Source of the DNA: an uncultured Saprospirales bacterium | GTDB taxonomy: Bacteria > Bacteroidota > Bacteroidia > Chitinophagales > JADIYW01 | Reading direction: 5' to 3' | Length of the DNA: 64,000 nt | Assembly: GCA_938008535.1 (NCBI GenBank) | Contig: CALLKF010000070.1 | Span: 950-64,949, forward strand | Part shown: positions 39,220 through 46,043 of the stretch, in pieces | How the letters are laid out: each line of letters begins with the position of its first letter | How positions within the stretch are numbered: position 1 is the stretch's first letter | The notes under the pieces: generated by a model | What the model was told of the DNA's origin: nothing | Databases searched by the model: none | The model's input: only the letters and a program-made list of their open reading frames with translations | Program-made: the position numbers and the translations under genes

Positions 39220-41037
39220 TCAAAACCGATATTTTCCAATTTGTATCTCATTAAATATTTTTTTTGTAATGCGTGTATATTTTTTATCAATCAATACATA
39301 CACCTCTTTACCAATCTTTTTATAATCAAAACCATCTTCTTTTAGTTGCTGTTTTTGGTGTTTATAGGTTGATGTGATTTCCGTAGCAGTTGAAATACGT
39401 AAAAAAACAGGAATTGCATAAGCAGGAAGTTCCGTATTTAAATAGTTATAAAATTTTATTAAATCTATTTCTTGTTTTTCGTTGTCAACAATAATATTTA
39501 CCATACCAGCTCTTCCATTATTTTCTGGCACTTCTACACCATACACTACATTTTCTGCAATTCCACTAAATTGATTAATAACGGCTTCAACTTCTGTTGT
39601 AGAAACATTTTCGCCTTTCCAACGAAAAGTATCACCTAATCTATCAACAAATTGAGTATGAAAAAAACCCATATCACGCACTAAATCACCAGTATTAAAC
39701 CAGGCATCGCCTTTTTTAAATACATTTCTAAAAATAGTTTTTTCTGATTTGTCGTTTTCTGTATAACCATCAAACGGATAACGCTTATTGATTTCGCCTA
39801 ATAATAAACCAACGCCATTTGTTTTTACTTTTTGCATATATCCGTTACGGTTAAGTACTGGTGCATTATTATGTAAATCGTATTCAACAATGGCATAACT
39901 TGTTATCGAAAATCCCATTGTACTATTTAAATTAAACACATTAAAAAATGCAATATTTCCTTCGCTTGAGCCATAAAATTCTGCAACTTGATTCACACCA
40001 AATCTTTGCTTAAATGCTTGCCATATATCTGGACGAAGTCCGTTTCCAATCATCTTGGTAAGTGTATTTTTTTCTTCTAATGTATGATAAGGCGCATTTA
40101 ATAAATACTTACAAAGTTCACCTACGTAACCAAAACCAGTTGCTTTATATTTATCAATATCTATCCAAAAATTAGTAACACTAAATTTTGGTTTAATGAC
40201 CATACTTGCACCACCAGCAATTACAGAACTCCAACAAACTAACATAGCAGTTGCATGGTAGAACGGCAATGGAACATACAATATATCATTTTCATTTAGG
40301 CGAAAACTTGTTAAACCAAAAGCACAGTAACTTTTTAACCATCTACCATGACTAATTACAGAAGCTTTTGGCAAACCAGTTGTTCCAGAAGTATAAATGT
40401 ATAAACAAGCATCTTTTGCAATTATTTTTTTGGTGACTGAAGGATTTGTTATGGAGAAATTAAGTGCTTCAATATCAAAAAATGGAAATTTATATTTAAT
40501 AGGTTGATTTATATTGTCATTTTCAACGAGTAATATTCTATTTTTTACATCTACTAAATCTTTTTTTATCGTTGAAAAATTATCCAAACATTCTGTACCA
40601 ATTAAAATCATTTTTGGATCTACTAAACGAATACTGTGTAATAGTGATTTGTTTTTTTGTGATGTATTAATTAATGCAGCAACACAACCAATTTTATTAA
40701 GTGCCATCGACAATGCAATAATTTCTGGTCTGTTTTCCAACATTAAAACAGCAACGTCACCTTTATTAAATCCTAATTTTAAAAACTGATGCGCCAATCG
40801 ATTAATCCATTCATTTAATTCAGTATAGGACCAACTTTTATCCTGATAATAAAGGCATTTATTAGTTGGGTATTTTTTTACAGTTTTGTAAAACAGTTCA
40901 CCATTAGAAATTGGTGTTTCAGAATTAGTGGTAAAATTATAATATAATGCAGTTGAGATTTTTGGTAAATCTTTTATCACACCTGGCAAACTAAAAGCTA
41001 AATCAAAAATGCTTATTTTTTTATTGGATGATTGCAA
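39220..41037 (-). CDS. FATP/SLC27-type (very-)long-chain acyl-CoA synthetase
   Basis: 605 aa with the AMP-binding motif YIYTSGTTGLPKA and the FATP signature GDTFRWKGENVSTTEVE. Confidence 0.88.
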   Translation of the reverse strand: MQSSNKKISIFDLAFSLPGVIKDLPKISTALYYNFTTNSETPISNGELFYKTVKKYPTNKCLYYQDKSWSYTELNEWINRLAHQFLKLGFNKGDVAVLMLENRPEIIALSMALNKIGCVAALINTSQKNKSLLHSIRLVDPKMILIGTECLDNFSTIKKDLVDVKNRILLVENDNINQPIKYKFPFFDIEALNFSITNPSVTKKIIAKDACLYIYTSGTTGLPKASVISHGRWLKSYCAFGLTSFRLNENDILYVPLPFYHATAMLVCWSSVIAGGASMVIKPKFSVTNFWIDIDKYKATGFGYVGELCKYLLNAPYHTLEEKNTLTKMIGNGLRPDIWQAFKQRFGVNQVAEFYGSSEGNIAFFNVFNLNSTMGFSITSYAIVEYDLHNNAPVLNRNGYMQKVKTNGVGLLLGEINKRYPFDGYTENDKSEKTIFRNVFKKGDAWFNTGDLVRDMGFFHTQFVDRLGDTFRWKGENVSTTEVEAVINQFSGIAENVVYGVEVPENNGRAGMVNIIVDNEKQEIDLIKFYNYLNTELPAYAIPVFLRISTATEITSTYKHQKQQLKEDGFDYKKIGKEVYVLIDKKYTRITKKIFNEIQIGKYRF

Positions 41038-41040
41038 TTT

Positions 41041-42240
41041 TTATTTTAATTCAGCAGATGATTTGCGTAATAATCTACGAGCAATAATTAATTGTTGTAT
41101 TTGTTGAGTGCCTTCAAATATGTCTAAAATTTTTGAATCTCTTGCCCATTTTTCCAACAACTCATTATATGAATAACCAAGTGATGAACAAAGCTCCACA
41201 CATTTTAGCGTAAGTTGATTGGTTATTCTTGCTGCTTTTGCTTTGCAAATAGATGCTTCCAATGAATTCGGTTTTCTGTTGTCAGCCATCCATGCTGCTT
41301 TCAAGGTCAACAATCTTGCTGCTTCGTATTCTGCTTCCATTTTGTAAATTTCTGCTTCAACAGATTTTACATTATTGATTGGCGTTTTATAATCTAAGTT
41401 AATTTTATCTTGCAACAATTCTTTAGTTCGTTCAATCGCAGCTTCGGCAACACCATTCGCCATCGATGCAACGAAAGGTCTTGTATTATCAAAGGTTTCC
41501 ATCACACCGCCAAATCCTTTCTTAATATCTATTTCTGGACTGCCTAATAAATTTTCGGCAGGTACTTTACATTCTGTAAAAACAATAGCTGCCGTATCAG
41601 ATGCTCTGATGCCTAATTTTTTTTCTAGCCGAACCAATTGCATTCCTGGTGTTCCTTTTTCAACCACAAAAGATTTGATGGCTGCTTTACCAATTTCTTT
41701 ATCTAATGTTGCCCAAACTACCACTGCATTGGCACGTTCGCCTGATGTGATAAAAATCTTCTCGCCATTTAAATAATAAAAATCACCTTCTTTCCTTGCT
41801 GTTGTTGTAATGGCAGATGAATCAGAACCGCAATTGGGTTCTGTTATTGCCATGGCTGCCCAGGTTTTTGAAAACCGTTTTAATTGTTCAGTATTTGCAA
41901 CGGCACTTATTGCTGAATTGCCTAATCCTTGTCCAGGAATTGACAATAACAAACCAACATCACCATAACACATAGCTTGAATATTAATGCAGTTCGCCAT
42001 ATTTCCACCGTTGTGAACTTGTCCGTCGCTAACGTCTTCTTTTTTAGATGAGGCACCACCAATAGAACCTTCAGAACCATCATTCATACCATTTAAACCA
42101 GCCGCAAACAAATCGAGTTCTACAGGATAAGTATGTTCTTCTACATCATATTTTCTGGATATTGGACGAAATATAGTTTTAGCAGCAATCGTTGCAAAAT
42201 TTTGAATGCCTTTAAACTTTTTGGGAATTTCTAAATTCAT
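41041..42240 (-). CDS. acyl-CoA dehydrogenase (catalytically complete subunit)
   Basis: 399 aa with AITEPNCGSD, GEKIFITSG and the catalytic-base motif DIFEGTQQIQQLIIAR. A Gly/Ser-rich insertion lies near the N-terminus. Confidence 0.9.
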   Translation of the reverse strand: MNLEIPKKFKGIQNFATIAAKTIFRPISRKYDVEEHTYPVELDLFAAGLNGMNDGSEGSIGGASSKKEDVSDGQVHNGGNMANCINIQAMCYGDVGLLLSIPGQGLGNSAISAVANTEQLKRFSKTWAAMAITEPNCGSDSSAITTTARKEGDFYYLNGEKIFITSGERANAVVVWATLDKEIGKAAIKSFVVEKGTPGMQLVRLEKKLGIRASDTAAIVFTECKVPAENLLGSPEIDIKKGFGGVMETFDNTRPFVASMANGVAEAAIERTKELLQDKINLDYKTPINNVKSVEAEIYKMEAEYEAARLLTLKAAWMADNRKPNSLEASICKAKAARITNQLTLKCVELCSSLGYSYNELLEKWARDSKILDIFEGTQQIQQLIIARRLLRKSSAELK

Positions 42241-42258
42241 TTTAGTTGATTTTTATTA

Positions 42259-43590
42259 TTATAAATGCACACCGTTTACTGCTATAGATACTGCTCTTAA
42301 ATCTCTGTACCATCGCTCTACAGGAAAATCACGAACAAAACCATGACCACCTAATAGCTGTACGCCATTGCTACCAATTTGCATACATTTTTCAGCACAT
42401 AAAACATGTGCTAAATAAACTTCTTTTTCAAAATCTAAACCTTGTTCTGCTTTTGCTGCTGCACGCTGTGTAAGTATACGCATACTTTCTAATTCAATTT
42501 TAACATCTGCAATCATAAATGCAACGGCTTGTCTATTGCTGATAGGTTCGCCAAATGCATATCTATCATTTGCATATGGTATTACATAATCTAAAACTGC
42601 CTGACAACAGCCAACTGCTAAAGCACACCAACCGAGTTTGCAATAATCAATAAATTCATTATAAGCAATTCCGTCAGTTCCACCTAACATAGCAGAAGAA
42701 TCAACTTCTACATTTTTCAAAGTAAGCTCACACATTTCAGCTGCATTTAAGCCCATAGTTCTTTCAGGATTGACAGACAATCCTTTGCTGTTTTTATCTA
42801 CAATAAAAAGCTGTATTCCTTTATCATTGGTTTCAGCAGCGAGTAAAAAATATGCAGACTTATTAGCCAATGGCACTATGTTTTTTATACCATTTATAAC
42901 GTAAACATTTTCTTTTTTTTCTGCTTTTGTTGATAATTCATAAGGTGAAAAAAGTGGTGTTGGTTCATTAATTGCAATGCTTGCAATTGCTGGATTTTCT
43001 TGTAAAAAAGCTGGTATTAAATCTGCTTGTTGACCATCAGAGCCAAAATTTACAATAGCATTTAAGACACTGTGTCGTGTGAAAAAAGCAAGTGCTTGGC
43101 CTAAGTCACCATAAGCAAGTTCTTCCACCATCATCATTTGCGTCGTGGTTGATTTCTCTTTCATCATTCCACCAAAAACTTCAGGCACTTGCAAATAACC
43201 AAGTTGCAGTTCGTTAAATTCGTTCCACAATGATTCGTCGATAGTAAATACATCGTCTATTTTTTCAGCTGCATTTCTCATTTTTACAGCAAATTGCTGA
43301 ATAGTTTGCTGAATCATTTTTTGTTCATCCGAATAATTTAGATCAAATAAATCAGTATTTTTTTGTGGATCTAATCTTTCTGGTTTTTTTGAATTACTTT
43401 TAAAAACCTTTGATGCTGCATTGGCAACCTTTATTCCATTTTTTGTTCCTTCATAAACAAACCGTTCAGATAATTTTCGCAAATTTAATGTTTTTGCAAA
43501 CTTAGAATCCAAGAATTGATTGTAATATTCAAAATAAGTTGCGTAAGGTAAATCTGATTTTTTGCCGCGTTTTTTTTCTTCTTTCACCAT
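42259..43590 (-). CDS. acyl-CoA dehydrogenase-like protein (degenerate; apparently lacks the catalytic Glu)
   Basis: 443 aa with overall ACAD architecture (..LLGGHGFVRDFPVERWYRDLR..). It ends AVSIAVNGVHL where (Y/F)EGT is expected, and has EPTPLFSPYE in place of TEP.(A/G)GSD. Confidence 0.8.
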   Translation of the reverse strand: MVKEEKKRGKKSDLPYATYFEYYNQFLDSKFAKTLNLRKLSERFVYEGTKNGIKVANAASKVFKSNSKKPERLDPQKNTDLFDLNYSDEQKMIQQTIQQFAVKMRNAAEKIDDVFTIDESLWNEFNELQLGYLQVPEVFGGMMKEKSTTTQMMMVEELAYGDLGQALAFFTRHSVLNAIVNFGSDGQQADLIPAFLQENPAIASIAINEPTPLFSPYELSTKAEKKENVYVINGIKNIVPLANKSAYFLLAAETNDKGIQLFIVDKNSKGLSVNPERTMGLNAAEMCELTLKNVEVDSSAMLGGTDGIAYNEFIDYCKLGWCALAVGCCQAVLDYVIPYANDRYAFGEPISNRQAVAFMIADVKIELESMRILTQRAAAKAEQGLDFEKEVYLAHVLCAEKCMQIGSNGVQLLGGHGFVRDFPVERWYRDLRAVSIAVNGVHL

Positions 43591-43714
43591 AATTTTTTAT
43601 CTGTTTATCTAAATCTACAAGATTCAATATGAATTGTTGTTGTTTTAGTGTTAAGAAAAAATTCAGCCATCTGATTCATCGATTAATTTACAAAAGTTAA
43701 GTAATAAAACAGAT

Positions 43715-44401
43715 TTATATTTCCTGTCCATTTATATCTGTAACTAAAACTTCACTCATATAATCTAAAAACGGACGCATATTTTTAAACGTTTGGTTGG
43801 CGAGTTTTACAAAATCAGCACTTAACACTTCTTCATCCGTAAATTTTTTAATTAAGAGAAATTGTTTGTAACGCAAAAGGTCAATTGCTTCGTGGTTAGC
43901 ATCAAAACCTTTAGGCGTTTTTTTCAATTGCTCGCCTTGTAATGTACCGAAAGTAGCAACAAAGGATTTGCTTTTTATAATCTTTCTTAAAGGTGCATCA
44001 TCGAAAGCAATATCATCACGCACACGTCTTAAGTCTTCTGCATTCGGCGACCAGAAACCACCGGCAAGCCAGGTATTGCCTGGCTCTAAATGAAAGTACA
44101 AACCACCGCGACGAAACTTAGTAGCACGCCGAAAGCTGCCGCTAAAATAAGTACAGTAAGGAATTTTTTCTTTAGAGAAACGCACGTCTCTGTAGATTCT
44201 ATAACATGCTTTTTTACCGGAAGGCGTTTCTATTATATCGTGTTTATTGAGCTCAAACAAAAGCGCTTCCGCAAAGTCATGTACATGCGACTGTTCTTTT
44301 ATGTACGTTTCCTTATGCTTAGCAAACCACTCGCGGTTGTTGTTCTTTTTTATGTTTTTTAAAAAGGTAAATGCGGTGGCTGGTATCTGTGAATTTGACA
44401 T
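43715..44401 (-). CDS. DUF2461 / TIGR02453 family protein
   Basis: Starts MSNSQIPATAFTFLKNIKKNNNREWF and contains YRIYRDVRFSKEKIPY. The track start at 44500 is a GTG extension into the tandem repeat, and the paralog remnant supports the ATG at 44399-44401. Confidence 0.85.
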   Translation of the reverse strand: MSNSQIPATAFTFLKNIKKNNNREWFAKHKETYIKEQSHVHDFAEALLFELNKHDIIETPSGKKACYRIYRDVRFSKEKIPYCTYFSGSFRRATKFRRGGLYFHLEPGNTWLAGGFWSPNAEDLRRVRDDIAFDDAPLRKIIKSKSFVATFGTLQGEQLKKTPKGFDANHEAIDLLRYKQFLLIKKFTDEEVLSADFVKLANQTFKNMRPFLDYMSEVLVTDINGQEI

Positions 44402-44445
44402 GGAGTGAAGATAAGATTTTTTGTCTTTTTTGTCTGTGATTGTTG

Positions 44446-44697
44446 TTTCGGGAGACGCCGAGCTGCTTTCGGGAGACACCGTGCTGCTTTCGGAAGACAC
44501 CGAGATGCTTTAGGGAGACACCGAGATGGCTTCGGGAGACACCGAGATGCTTCCGGGAGACGCCGAGTTGCTTTCGGGAGATACCGAGATGCTTCCGGGA
44601 GATGCCGAGACGCTTTCGGGAGACACCGAGTTGCTTTCGGGAGACACCTAGAAGCTTTCGGGAGACGCTGAGATGCTTTCGGGAGACTCCGAGTTGC
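44446..44697. repeat. 12 tandem copies of a 21-bp GC-rich unit (consensus TTTCGGGAGACACCGAGATGC)
   Basis: Counted unit by unit. The 21-bp register is kept over 252 bp, with one compensated indel between units 4 and 5. The consensus has 12/21 G+C in an AT-rich context. Confidence 0.95.
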
Positions 44698-44914
44698 TTT
44701 GCCGAAGTACTTAATTAACTTATTTACAATGCTTTATGAAAAATGCTGTATATTGTCACTTTTTGAAGCCAAAAAGTAACCAAAAAGCTTTTTTCGAAAT
44801 GCAAGGCAATTTGCTTTTCTGTTTTGACTACGTCAAAGAAAAGCAACCGCTGATAAAATAAACCCAGATGCTTCATTGCCTACCCTTCGTTTATTTTACA
44901 GCTATTGCTGTGCC

Positions 44915-45052
44915 TTTCGAAAACCTAACTCTTTTGCGGTTTGGTGGTTAACAGATGAAAAATACAACGCACAAGTACGCAGCCGCACAAAGCTATACTG
45001 CATACTTGCGCGAGTTTGGGAATGCGGTGCTTGGTATGGTTGATGATGACAT
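44915..45052 (-). pseudogene. N-terminal remnant of a DUF2461-like gene (with duplicated 5' UTR up to 45090)
   Basis: Reads MSSSTIPSTAFPNSRKYAV* against MSNSQIPATAF... in the intact copy. The 5' UTR is also duplicated (45021-45090 vs 44370-44441). RVRFSK in the same frame at 44915-44932 matches the RDVRFSK motif. Confidence 0.55.
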
Positions 45053-45140
45053 GAAGTGAAGATACTATTTTTTATGTTTTTGTCTGAATTAGGATTTTTG
45101 GATTAAATATTTTTTTTGATTCCAAATTAAAAACACACAA

Positions 45141-45170
45141 TTGTTATTTCAAATTATAAAGTTATATTTG
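45141..45170 (+). promoter_or_regulatory. Bacteroidota-type promoter abutting the start codon
   Basis: TTG at 45141-45143, a 19-nt spacer, then TATATTTG at 45163-45170. The ATG at 45176 is only 5 nt downstream. Confidence 0.45.
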
Positions 45171-45175
45171 ATGTA

Positions 45176-45940
45176 ATGATGAATAAGAAAAATTGTATCC
45201 TATTATTTGCATTTGGAGTCGCAATTATATTTGGTTGCAAAAAAGATGGTCTGAATGATTTTCCTTCCGAAACATTAGTAAAAACAGAAACACATGGAAA
45301 TGTTGTTAAATCATATTCATACGATAATCACAATCGTTTAATCTTAGAAAAAACAGATATGAATTCAAATTATTATATTACTCATGCATACAAATACAAA
45401 GGTGATACTGTAATAATATTTTCGGTAGATTCAAATAATGTAAAAATTCGAATTATGCCTTATTATTTATTAAACAATAAAAAGTTGATGGTTTATGAAT
45501 TTCCACCTTTTGAGTATACGTATGACAATAATGATTTTATTGTAACTGCCATTGGCTCTTTTCGACATTCTTATTTAGATTCTTTTTATAATGATTCAAA
45601 TAACATTACAAAACGTGTACAAAGGATGTATAACATATACAGTTACACATATACCATTACAACAATCAAACAATATAATGATACTTTAAACACTCTTGGC
45701 AATAACAACTTTGGAAAATCATACTTAGGAAAATCAAGTAAAAATTTAATCAGTTACGAAACAGTTATCAATGAAAAAATGTTTTGCCAAATTAACATTG
45801 GGTGCGGTCTAAGTCAAATTGTTGATATCAATAATTATAAATACTGTTACGAATTAGATAGAAAGAACAGAGTAACCAAAGTTATAAAAACGAATGTGGC
45901 AACTCTGGAAACGGATACTACAAGTTATACTTATTATTAG
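45176..45940 (+). CDS. lipoprotein with YD-repeat-like motifs, unknown function
   Basis: 254 aa with a lipobox (LLFAFGVAIIFGCKKD) and the motifs YSYDNHNRL, YTYDNNDF and YELDRKNRV. Confidence 0.6.
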   Translation: MMNKKNCILLFAFGVAIIFGCKKDGLNDFPSETLVKTETHGNVVKSYSYDNHNRLILEKTDMNSNYYITHAYKYKGDTVIIFSVDSNNVKIRIMPYYLLNNKKLMVYEFPPFEYTYDNNDFIVTAIGSFRHSYLDSFYNDSNNITKRVQRMYNIYSYTYTITTIKQYNDTLNTLGNNNFGKSYLGKSSKNLISYETVINEKMFCQINIGCGLSQIVDINNYKYCYELDRKNRVTKVIKTNVATLETDTTSYTYY

Positions 45941-45975
45941 TGTAACATAGTATTTAGTTATCTACTATAACATAC

Positions 45976-46005
45976 AAAAAAAGCCGCGAACATTCGCGGC
46001 TTTAT
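45976..46005. terminator. bidirectional intrinsic terminator
   Basis: A7 run, then GCCGCGA-ACAT-TCGCGGC, then TTTAT, between convergent genes. Confidence 0.8.
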
Positions 46006-46043
46006 CTTGACTCTTGATTCTAAAAATCTTGATTCTAGAAATC

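Noticed and set aside
44446-44697. Possible CRISPR array
   Set aside because: The repeats are directly adjacent with no spacers, the unit is only 21 bp, and there are no cas genes in the window.
44405-44718. Track ORFs 44405-44671 (FGRHRDA repeats) and 44440-44718 (CFRETPR repeats), plus the GTG-extended N-terminus of the DUF2461 gene (44402-44500, SPESS heptads)
   Set aside because: All three are read-through of the 21-bp tandem array. The minus-strand frame is broken by in-frame TAA and TAG. The conserved DUF2461 N-terminus and its duplicated remnant both begin at the ATG equivalent to 44401.
46013-46042. 15-bp direct tandem duplication CTTGATTCTAAAAAT / CTTGATTCTAGAAAT next to the stop codon of the 380-aa gene
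   Set aside because: There are only two copies, in an AT-rich 3' UTR between a terminator and a stop codon. It is most simply a slippage duplication, and I mention it only as context.
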